A model generated the notes under the pieces. It ran no database searches. It saw only the letters and a list, made by a program, of their open reading frames with translations, and was not told the origin of the DNA. Positions 14,925-23,374 of a DNA stretch of 64,000 nt are shown here, piece by piece (the first letter of the stretch is position 1; every line of letters starts with the position of its first letter). This DNA is from an uncultured virus (IMG/VR IMGVR_UViG_3300025087_000057) (Duplodnaviria > Heunggongvirae > Uroviricota > Caudoviricetes): IMG/VR virus record IMGVR_UViG_3300025087_000057; one strand, written 5' to 3'. The position numbers and the translations under genes are program-made.

Positions 14925-15283
14925 ACCCCGATGGAGATTTTGGTTTTAATAAATATCAACAAAAGGCTCATGAAACTGCTGAGTATCCAAATATATATGT
15001 TGGGGGACATCCTTCTAATTATATTTATGCTGCCATGGGATTAGCGGGAGAGTCAGGTGAACTAATTGAAAAATTAAAAAAGGTTGTTCGTAACAAGAAT
15101 GGTCTTGTTGCGGAGTCTGATTTATTTGATATTAAAAAAGAGGTTGGGGATGTTTTGTGGTATCTGTCTGAATTATGTACCTGTCTTAATCTTAGTCTGA
15201 AACAAATAGCAAGAGAAAACATTAAAAAGTTATCTGATAGAAAAAACAGGGGTGTTATCAAATCGGAAGGGGATAATAGATGA
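14912..15283 (+). CDS. MazG-like NTP pyrophosphohydrolase
   Basis: GLAGESGE..EKLKK...KEVGDVLWY...NIKKL.DR. Confidence 0.9.
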   Translation: MYDLDPDGDFGFNKYQQKAHETAEYPNIYVGGHPSNYIYAAMGLAGESGELIEKLKKVVRNKNGLVAESDLFDIKKEVGDVLWYLSELCTCLNLSLKQIARENIKKLSDRKNRGVIKSEGDNR

Positions 15284-16302
15284 ATATACTTTGGGTAGGA
15301 GCAGTCGATGCAAGTGGAGCCTGTATGGCTTACTGCAATGCTATCAATAAAGGTGGTGAACATAATTGCCGTTTAGTGACTCAATTCGAAACAAGGGGAT
15401 TTGATAGCGATATTGTTATACAAAGAGATATGTGGTCGATTCCCGATGGGAGAACAAAAGAGGATAAAATAGAGGAATTTAAAAGTTTGGTTGAAAAGGC
15501 TGATGTAGTTATTTTTAACGCTGCTCTTTTCCCTGGTATTGGGTCTTCCTATTCCCAGGTTGTATCAGATACATATGAAATGCAATGGTACGGTATCAAT
15601 TGGTATGATTATATTGATAAAAAGAAATTTTTTGTATTTTTTTCTGGTTCTTGTTCTTTAAGGGGAAATTATCAGTATTATATAGATTTGCACACTAAAT
15701 ATAATATTCCTATTATTACATGTCAGACAGATGTATATAAAAATATTAAAAATTTAGCCGAAAATATTACCTATCTTCCAAACTTGATTAATAATAATCA
15801 TCCTCGCTATTTAAGAACTCCTTCTTATGAAGAAAAAATTCATATCGTACATTCTCCCACTGACAGAAGAGTAAAAAACACCAGTGAATTCACGAGGGTT
15901 TGTCGTAGATTAAAGAGGGAGTTCGATTACTTAGATTTTTCTCTTATTGAAAATAAAGGCTATAATGAATCTATTGTTATTAAGCAAAATAGTCAAATAG
16001 GTTTTGACCATATGCAGGGATATTATAGTTTGTCTTCTGTGGAAAATGGTTGTTTGGGATTGATTAATGTGGTGGGGTTATCTGAATGGGGCATTGAATT
16101 TATTGAGGATAGTATCGGGGGAGGCTCTCTTCCTTGGGTTACCCCAAGAAATGAAGAAGAACTTTATGCAAATATAAAATATTTAGTTGAAGATAGAGAA
16201 AGGTTATACCAATTAAGACTACAATCGTATAATTGGCATCACAAATATTGGAGAGATGATATTCATATTAAAAAGTTAATTAATGTTCTGGGGGGGAAAT
16301 GA
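15280..16302 (+). CDS. GT-B fold glycosyltransferase-like protein
   Basis: IVHSPTDRRVKNT...GFDHMQGYYSLSSVENGCLG. Confidence 0.7.
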   Translation: MNILWVGAVDASGACMAYCNAINKGGEHNCRLVTQFETRGFDSDIVIQRDMWSIPDGRTKEDKIEEFKSLVEKADVVIFNAALFPGIGSSYSQVVSDTYEMQWYGINWYDYIDKKKFFVFFSGSCSLRGNYQYYIDLHTKYNIPIITCQTDVYKNIKNLAENITYLPNLINNNHPRYLRTPSYEEKIHIVHSPTDRRVKNTSEFTRVCRRLKREFDYLDFSLIENKGYNESIVIKQNSQIGFDHMQGYYSLSSVENGCLGLINVVGLSEWGIEFIEDSIGGGSLPWVTPRNEEELYANIKYLVEDRERLYQLRLQSYNWHHKYWRDDIHIKKLINVLGGK

Positions 16303-17108
16303 AAGTTATAGGTATAGCACAAGTTTATAATGAAGCTATTAATTTAGAAAGATTTCTTAAATATTATAAAGAAATTTGCGATGATATTATCTTACTCGAT
16401 GATGCTTCTACTGATAATACAGTTGAAATAGCAAAAAAATATACCGATAATGTTATTTCAAATAAAGAAAATAGATGGAAACATCAAATGGAAACTTTTA
16501 ATAAAGATTTCTTATTGCAAGAAGCCAAAAAAATGGGGGCAGAATGGGTTGTAAATTTTGATGCTGATGAAATTTTTGAAGCACAGTTTAACAGAGAAAA
16601 ATTAGATAAGGCAATTGATTGGGCGGAGTTTTCAATAAAAAGAGGAATTCCTACTTATTCATATGGAGCAGCGTGGATTAATTTGTGGTTGTCGGAAGCC
16701 TATTTTAGAGTTGATGGAGGGCTTACTATGGTTTCTCCTCCAAGAATATATAAGGTTTTAAGCGATGCCAAAATAGAAACTGTTGGAGGATTACATAGAA
16801 GGTTGTGGCCTTCATATGCGGACAATCCATATCAATTACCATTTAACTTATTACACTATAGTTCAGCTTCTCTGCCGGGAGTTATTTATAAAATTACTCG
16901 TTATTATAAGTTGGGTAAAAAATTTCCCAATATTGAGATGGCCAAACAGCACTATATTTATAATTTATTAAAAGGAACGCAGATTGCAAAAGTCCCCCCC
17001 CTGTGGTTCCCCAATGAACTAAGACCAATATATAGTCCCATTAATTTAAGTGCTCTTCATAATGAAATATCTAACGCTATTGAATATATGATGGAGAATG
17101 AAAAATGA
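16299..17108 (+). CDS. glycosyltransferase family 2-like
   Basis: VYNEA...LLDDASTD...FDADE...LLHY. Confidence 0.85.
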   Translation: MKVIGIAQVYNEAINLERFLKYYKEICDDIILLDDASTDNTVEIAKKYTDNVISNKENRWKHQMETFNKDFLLQEAKKMGAEWVVNFDADEIFEAQFNREKLDKAIDWAEFSIKRGIPTYSYGAAWINLWLSEAYFRVDGGLTMVSPPRIYKVLSDAKIETVGGLHRRLWPSYADNPYQLPFNLLHYSSASLPGVIYKITRYYKLGKKFPNIEMAKQHYIYNLLKGTQIAKVPPLWFPNELRPIYSPINLSALHNEISNAIEYMMENEK

Positions 17109-18196
17109 AAATACTTTTAGACAGTATGTCAAGACGATTCGGGGATACCTTAACTGCTCTTCCTTTTACTTCTTTATTTAGAGAGAAATTTGGCAAAGAT
17201 GTTCATATAACATTTGGAAGTAGTCCATATGAATCAGATATTGAGTTTTATCGACATATTTCGACTATTGATGATGTTGTTTTAGGAACTCTATATAATC
17301 CCTCTGGGCGTGGATACGATATGTCTTTTGATATAATTTTAAGAACATCTTTTGATGTTGATGTAAAATTTTCACCACATAAAATTTTTGGAGAACTAGA
17401 TACAAAAGAGGGATGGGACATATGTATGAAAAATTACCCTATAAAATTTTTATATTACAACAAATCACACAAATTTCCTAAAACAAAAAAAAGAATTGGT
17501 CTGTTCGTTAATTTTCCTAGAAAAGATATTTCTATCCCAGTTGAAATTGGAGTTTATCCCGTTAACCTATGGCAACAACTTATTAATATTCTTAATAAAA
17601 AATATCACGTTTATGTTTTTACTGGGATGATGGAACCAGACTATAACTTCGACAATTGCCATAATCTTGGAAAACTAAAAGCCTGTGACGAATTAAGTGT
17701 TACTTCAAATATGGATATCGTAATCGGAACATCTTGTGGTTTTATGGATATGGTAGCAACTTTCGCAGATATTCCCAAAATAGTTTTAAGTAGTTGTGAA
17801 GAAGATGAAACATGTGTTTGGTCTGGAATACCCGATAAGTGTACCTTACCACAAAATAGATATAATTATTTTATTTCACCGAGGGATGATATGTATAGTT
17901 TTATTAAGCCATCGAAGGGAGCCAGATTAGTTGAATGGTATTATCAACATCTTCTAAAAAAAATGCCATTGATTAGAAATATGAGAAGTTTAAGTGGAAT
18001 TGACCCATTAATCATATCAGAACATATTGACTATCTTTTAAGTGGTGGAAAATCCGTAGAATGGTTTGTAGAAGGACATGTTTGTGATACATGTAAACTA
18101 AAAAAAGACTTTAATCAGTGTTCATATGTTTATAAGCCCTCTTTAAAGGATGGAAGTTATTATAAAGGAAATTGGGATGGATATAACACAAGATAA
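17105..18196 (+). CDS. GT9 (heptosyltransferase)-like glycosyltransferase
   Basis: RFGDTL...P; IVIGTSCGFMDMVA...IPKIVL resembles the GT9 DSG.MH.A motif. Confidence 0.6.
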   Translation: MKILLDSMSRRFGDTLTALPFTSLFREKFGKDVHITFGSSPYESDIEFYRHISTIDDVVLGTLYNPSGRGYDMSFDIILRTSFDVDVKFSPHKIFGELDTKEGWDICMKNYPIKFLYYNKSHKFPKTKKRIGLFVNFPRKDISIPVEIGVYPVNLWQQLINILNKKYHVYVFTGMMEPDYNFDNCHNLGKLKACDELSVTSNMDIVIGTSCGFMDMVATFADIPKIVLSSCEEDETCVWSGIPDKCTLPQNRYNYFISPRDDMYSFIKPSKGARLVEWYYQHLLKKMPLIRNMRSLSGIDPLIISEHIDYLLSGGKSVEWFVEGHVCDTCKLKKDFNQCSYVYKPSLKDGSYYKGNWDGYNTR

Positions 18197-18295
18197 AAAT
18201 AGTTTAGAGATAATAATCACTGAGTTAAAACAGAAGATAGGTGATTTAGAAAAGAGAATAGAAAAAATAGAGTATTTTTTTAAGGGTCCAAAATC

Positions 18296-19249
18296 ATGTT
18301 AACCCACATTTTTATTATTACAATATGTTCATATTTAATAACCCTATTGGAAAGAAGAGCGACATGGGATATTGGCCATCAGGCAATTGGGATTGGGGCT
18401 GTTAATAGAGTGGTAAATAATGAAGCGGGTATGCCTACTCAACATCGTCCATTGTCGTATTTACTTATGCATATTTTGAGATTAAATACTATAGATTGGC
18501 AAATGGGAGTCGTCTATCTTCCTCATAGGAAAATTCACATTCATATAAAAGCAGATACAATAAATCAATACTATATCTTAAAATTTTTTCTAATATTGGG
18601 TTCATCATTGACCTTTTACTGGTATCTGTGGATACTGTGTTTTAACCCATTGGTGGGGTCATTATTGTTTCTTTTGTTTGTATCGTTTGGGTTTATGTTT
18701 GATTATATAGACTGTTATCTTGATATTATTTTTATTGGATTAGTTTTAATTGGAATTTTAAGTAATTTCCCTATGTGGATAATTGGCCTTGTGATTTTGA
18801 TGGGGTCATTAAATAGAGAAACGATTGTTGTTGTTGTTCCATTTGTTTTTTATTACTATGGATTACCCTATGGTATTGCTTTAACAGGAACATTTTTGCT
18901 TGGGAGATTTTTAATAAAAAAGATGTATCCACGGAAATATAAAATCAGTTTCGTTGGATGGGATGTTTATAGGGATATAAAAAATATTTATAAAGGAATA
19001 AATTCTCCAAAAGAAACTTTTATAAATGAAGTTTGGGGAGGGGTTGTTTTTGTATTACTTTACATCTCTTTATTTTTTATAAATGAGAAATTTACAATAA
19101 TGCCTATAGAAATACGCAATATCATATCCGTTGGATATATAATTTTTGGTATTTTCATAATTTTAATATCAATTCCCGGTGACATCAGAGAAATAAGAAT
19201 ATATTACCCAACTTTATATGTTGTTATACCACTATTAATGTCTTTATAA
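18296..19249 (+). CDS. polytopic membrane protein, GT-C-like
   Basis: About 9 TM segments; QHRPL loop, NRET motif, EIRIYYP; located inside the GT cluster. Confidence 0.55.
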   Translation: MLTHIFIITICSYLITLLERRATWDIGHQAIGIGAVNRVVNNEAGMPTQHRPLSYLLMHILRLNTIDWQMGVVYLPHRKIHIHIKADTINQYYILKFFLILGSSLTFYWYLWILCFNPLVGSLLFLLFVSFGFMFDYIDCYLDIIFIGLVLIGILSNFPMWIIGLVILMGSLNRETIVVVVPFVFYYYGLPYGIALTGTFLLGRFLIKKMYPRKYKISFVGWDVYRDIKNIYKGINSPKETFINEVWGGVVFVLLYISLFFINEKFTIMPIEIRNIISVGYIIFGIFIILISIPGDIREIRIYYPTLYVVIPLLMSL

Positions 19250-19259
19250 TGGAGGAAAG

Positions 19260-19496
19260 ATGCAAACAATAGGAGAATTAATAGATAAATTGACAATAGC
19301 GAATATTCGGCTATGGCATCTGGAGGATATACGTAGAAACAAAAATTTGACAAATGATGAAAGGTTAAAGGCGTGTGATTCTGTTTCTGTTGTTAATAAG
19401 CAAAGAAATAATTTGATTGATGAGATAGACAAATGTATTGACGATGCTATCCATAATGGAGAAGCACCAGTTTTTTTGAAGAATAAACTTTATTGA
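19260..19496 (+). CDS. DUF4254-like small helical protein
   Basis: TIGELIDKLTI.NIRLWHLED...NKQRNNLIDEID. Confidence 0.6.
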   Translation: MQTIGELIDKLTIANIRLWHLEDIRRNKNLTNDERLKACDSVSVVNKQRNNLIDEIDKCIDDAIHNGEAPVFLKNKLY

Positions 19497-19506
19497 AAGG
19501 AAAGTA

Positions 19507-20457
19507 ATGGCTAATATTGTTGTAACAGGAGCGTTGGGGACTTTGGGTTCACCGTTGGTTAGAAAACTTGTTGAAGATGGGCATAATGTTTATAGTATAG
19601 ACCTTATGCATAGTGGTAGACCAAATTATATTAGAGCCGATGTTGGTGATTTTAGAGAAATTTCGAATGCTTTTATGGCGATAGAAAGTTCTCTTGTAAA
19701 ACAGGGAAAGGGACATATAGATTTTGTCTATCATCTGGCGGCTGAATTTGGTCGTATCAATGGAGAGATGTATTATAATAAAGTATGGGAAACAAATGTC
19801 ATAGGAACTAAAAATATTCTTGAACTACAAAAGTTTGGGCTTTTTGATAAACTTATTTTTGCGAGTTCCAGTGAGGTTTATGGGGAAACGGAAGTTAATC
19901 CCATTAACGAAAGCTCTTTTGGCAATCCATTAGTAGTTCCACATAACGACTACGCTATTTCAAAAGCAGTTAACGAGATGCAAATTATAAACCATCGTAA
20001 ACGTAATGAGTTGCCAGTAATGACAATCAGACTCTTCAATGCTTATGGGCCGGGAGAACATTACCATCCATTTAGAAGTGTTGTTTGTCTGTTTTGTTAT
20101 TATGCGTTGAATGGACTTCCTTATAATGTTTATGAAGGTTATCATAGGGTTTTTATGTATGTTGACGACTTGATTCCCACCTTAGCCAGATGTGCTGGAC
20201 TATTTTCAGATGGACTTACTATTAATATTGGTGGTGAGGAATATCGTTCCGTAAAAGAAATGAGTGATATTGTTCTTAAGACTATCGGTATCGATGATTC
20301 TAAGGTTAACTATCTTCCTCTTGATAAGCACAATACCGTTAACAAAAGGCCCGACATAACACTTGCTAAAGAAATTTTAAAGCACAACCCCTCTACCACT
20401 CTTGAAGAAGGTATTCCAAAGACTATCGAGTGGATGAAACGTGTTTACAACATATAG
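19507..20457 (+). CDS. NAD-dependent nucleotide-sugar epimerase/dehydratase
   Basis: TGALGTLG, HLAA, SSSEVYG, YAISK, RLFNAYGPG. Confidence 0.92.
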   Translation: MANIVVTGALGTLGSPLVRKLVEDGHNVYSIDLMHSGRPNYIRADVGDFREISNAFMAIESSLVKQGKGHIDFVYHLAAEFGRINGEMYYNKVWETNVIGTKNILELQKFGLFDKLIFASSSEVYGETEVNPINESSFGNPLVVPHNDYAISKAVNEMQIINHRKRNELPVMTIRLFNAYGPGEHYHPFRSVVCLFCYYALNGLPYNVYEGYHRVFMYVDDLIPTLARCAGLFSDGLTINIGGEEYRSVKEMSDIVLKTIGIDDSKVNYLPLDKHNTVNKRPDITLAKEILKHNPSTTLEEGIPKTIEWMKRVYNI

Positions 20458-20463
20458 GTAAAT

Positions 20464-21558
20464 ATGAAGAGAGTATGTTTAATAATCGGAGCGAGGCCAA
20501 ACTTTGTTAAAGCGGCCTCGCTTTATAAAGCATTTCAGGAGTATCCCGAAATAAAATTAACAATTGTTCATACTGGGCAACATTATACTGAAGTTTTGTC
20601 AGATGATATTATAAATCAAATTGGACTTAAGGTTGATGTTAATTTGAATGTTTATTCATCTCTGTATTCCGATTTAATAACTGCAATTGATAAGTATTTA
20701 TCTAAAAACGAGTTTGACATGATGATTATTTTGGGTGATGTTAATTCTTCTTTTGCAGGAGCATACGTAGCTAAAAACAGGGGAATTCCATTGGCTCATG
20801 TAGAATCTGGATTACGTTCTGGTTTATGGTATATGCCTGAAGAATTAAATAGGTTTCTTATAGATGCACTATCTGATTATTTATTTTTTACAAATGTAAG
20901 TGCGATGGGAAATGTTTCTGACGAATTTGTTGACAAGAAAAAATTCTTAGTTGGTAATATTATGATAGACACATTAGTAGCGATGGAATCGTATATAAAA
21001 GAATCGGAATATAATGGGGAAGATTACGCAATAGCTACTTTCCATAGGAAGGAAAATATCAGTACGAAGGAATCTATATTAGAGATATTAGACTTATTGA
21101 AAAGTATAAAAAAAATAATTCCTGTAAAATTTTATGTTCATCCACATTTTACTGTTAATATGTCAAGGTTTTTAACATCAACAGAACTAGAATATTATAG
21201 AGATGGCAACTTAATGGAATCTATGTATTCTCCGATTTCATATTTGGACTTTATTAAAGAACTCCATCATTCAAAATTTGTTATTACGGATTCGGGAGGA
21301 GTACAAGAAGAGTCATGTATTATGAATAAACCCTGTCTTGTCTATAGGAAAAATACAGATAGACCTATTACAATTTTACTTTCTGGAACCGTTGTTACTC
21401 AGAATTTTGAAAAAATCATTGAATTTGCAAAAAAACAAAATAATATTCCAATCAATAAGAGCTGGGATAGCAAAGCCAAAAATCATATGTGGGGAGATGG
21501 TCAGGCAGGAAAAAGAATAGCAAAAATTATTAACGATATACTAAAGGAAGGGAAATGA
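20464..21558 (+). CDS. wecB: UDP-N-acetylglucosamine 2-epimerase (non-hydrolysing)
   Basis: GARPNFVK, HTGQHY, HVESGLRS, MPEELNR, TDSGGVQEE. Confidence 0.92.
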   Translation: MKRVCLIIGARPNFVKAASLYKAFQEYPEIKLTIVHTGQHYTEVLSDDIINQIGLKVDVNLNVYSSLYSDLITAIDKYLSKNEFDMMIILGDVNSSFAGAYVAKNRGIPLAHVESGLRSGLWYMPEELNRFLIDALSDYLFFTNVSAMGNVSDEFVDKKKFLVGNIMIDTLVAMESYIKESEYNGEDYAIATFHRKENISTKESILEILDLLKSIKKIIPVKFYVHPHFTVNMSRFLTSTELEYYRDGNLMESMYSPISYLDFIKELHHSKFVITDSGGVQEESCIMNKPCLVYRKNTDRPITILLSGTVVTQNFEKIIEFAKKQNNIPINKSWDSKAKNHMWGDGQAGKRIAKIINDILKEGK

Positions 21559-22529
21559 ATAAAAAAAGAATTACATTTTTATGTCCTAAGAGTCAGGACT
21601 CATTTTTATTGCCGATTATTGAGTATTTCACTAAACATAATGAATATAAGGCGATTCATTATCATGGGGGTGACGACCAAGATTTCTATAAAACACTTCA
21701 GAGTTCTGATATTGCATGGTATGAATGGGCCAATCAAGATGTTGTTAATATTAGTAGAGGACCGAGATATAGTAAGCAAATATGCCGATTACATAGTTAC
21801 GAATTCTTTGAAGGACTACATTTACAAATTAACTGGAATAAATTTGATAGACTTGTTGTTGTTAACGATAGCTTAAAGGAACTTATTTTGGGGGGTATTC
21901 AAAATATGATTCCTCCATTAAAAATTTCTCCTGATTTTATAGAAGTTATTCCAAATGGGGTGGATGTTAGTAAATTTAATTTTAATGAAAATAAAACATA
22001 TAACAAGAAAATAGCCTTTATCGGATTTGTTAATCATAAAAAATCACCCGACTTGTTAATCCAATGTTTTAATGCTATCCATAAACTTGACCCTGAATTT
22101 ACATTTCATATGGCAGGTTTATACCAAGACCCAAGAACTCTTCTAACTTTTAGATATCTTGAAAAGTATCTTGATTTTCCTATTAATTACGATGGATACA
22201 TTGAAGATGTTAATGATTATTTCGCTGATAAAGATTATGTTATATCAACATCTTCATTTGAATCGTTCCATTATTCTATTGCCGAGGGCATGGCTTCAGG
22301 ATGTTTTCCATTGGTCTATAATTGGTTTGGTTCGGATAATATTTACCCAAGGGAGAATATTTTCACAACAACTAATCAATTGGTTTCTATTGTTGAAAAA
22401 ATAAATAACAGTAATCCAAATGAAATTATGGAACAAAGAAACAAGGCAAGAAAATATATTGTTGATAATTTTTCACTTGACGGCCAACTAAAAGATATAG
22501 AAAGATTATTTAAAAATATTTTGGAGTAA
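21555..22529 (+). CDS. glycosyltransferase family 4
   Basis: IPNGVD...KK...ESFHYSIAEGMASG (EX7E). Confidence 0.88.
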   Translation: MNKKRITFLCPKSQDSFLLPIIEYFTKHNEYKAIHYHGGDDQDFYKTLQSSDIAWYEWANQDVVNISRGPRYSKQICRLHSYEFFEGLHLQINWNKFDRLVVVNDSLKELILGGIQNMIPPLKISPDFIEVIPNGVDVSKFNFNENKTYNKKIAFIGFVNHKKSPDLLIQCFNAIHKLDPEFTFHMAGLYQDPRTLLTFRYLEKYLDFPINYDGYIEDVNDYFADKDYVISTSSFESFHYSIAEGMASGCFPLVYNWFGSDNIYPRENIFTTTNQLVSIVEKINNSNPNEIMEQRNKARKYIVDNFSLDGQLKDIERLFKNILE

Positions 22530-22531
22530 AA

Positions 22532-23221
22532 ATGAAAATAGCAATAGTAGGAAGCGTATATAAAGATATCAACATTTTTAATAAAATTATTTTAGAAACA
22601 GATTGCGATGCTGTTTTATGTACAGGCAATGTTGGTATTAAAAATCATATATTGGCTCCATATATAAGTGGAGAAAAGGTTTTTAAGAAATTCATTTATG
22701 TTGTTCCTGGAATTATCGAAGATTTTAATCTTGTTGATAGTATAGTTAATCGAGAGATTGTTATTCCCAATTTTTTCATATTCAAACAGGGTCAAAAAAT
22801 AGACATATCTCATAATGGAGAAACAGTTGGAGTTACTGGATTTGGGAAAGGGTTTAGTCCTGTAAGTTATACGAAAGATATATTAGAGGGGAAAAGAATT
22901 CGACATTTTAACAAAACAGAAATGGAAGAACTTAAAAGAAATCTTGCGACAAATATTATTTTAATGCACGAACTTCCAAACCAATGGCTTGGTAATAGTA
23001 TGAATTTTTCCGATGATACTTTTGTTTTGTTACAAAATACCCTGGCTCTTTATCTTTTTTGTGGAAAGTATGAAAAATGGTTGTTATATAGACATAAAAA
23101 TGGGATAAATCATTCAACCTATTTAACCTTTTTGCCAAAAGCTAATTCCGATTATGGGATTCTCGATACAAAGAAGTGGAGTTTTAGCAGTATTAGTATA
23201 GTAAAAAACGAGGGAGCATGA
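22532..23221 (+). CDS. metallophosphoesterase-fold protein with degenerate metal ligands
   Basis: Motif spacing preserved (KIAIVGSVY, LCTGNVG, VPGIIED, LMHELP, FCGKYE) but most D/H/N ligands are replaced. Confidence 0.6.
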   Translation: MKIAIVGSVYKDINIFNKIILETDCDAVLCTGNVGIKNHILAPYISGEKVFKKFIYVVPGIIEDFNLVDSIVNREIVIPNFFIFKQGQKIDISHNGETVGVTGFGKGFSPVSYTKDILEGKRIRHFNKTEMEELKRNLATNIILMHELPNQWLGNSMNFSDDTFVLLQNTLALYLFCGKYEKWLLYRHKNGINHSTYLTFLPKANSDYGILDTKKWSFSSISIVKNEGA

Positions 23222-23374
23222 AAACACAAACAGTAAAGCCGATACCTAAAGAAGTCAATGTTATTGTTGAAGCATTGAATAGATTAACTGAAGCAGTTAA
23301 TAAGATATATAAAGAACTAAAAAAGAACAATGAAAAAATCAACGATTATACCCCCGTTGATTAAGGAACAATAA

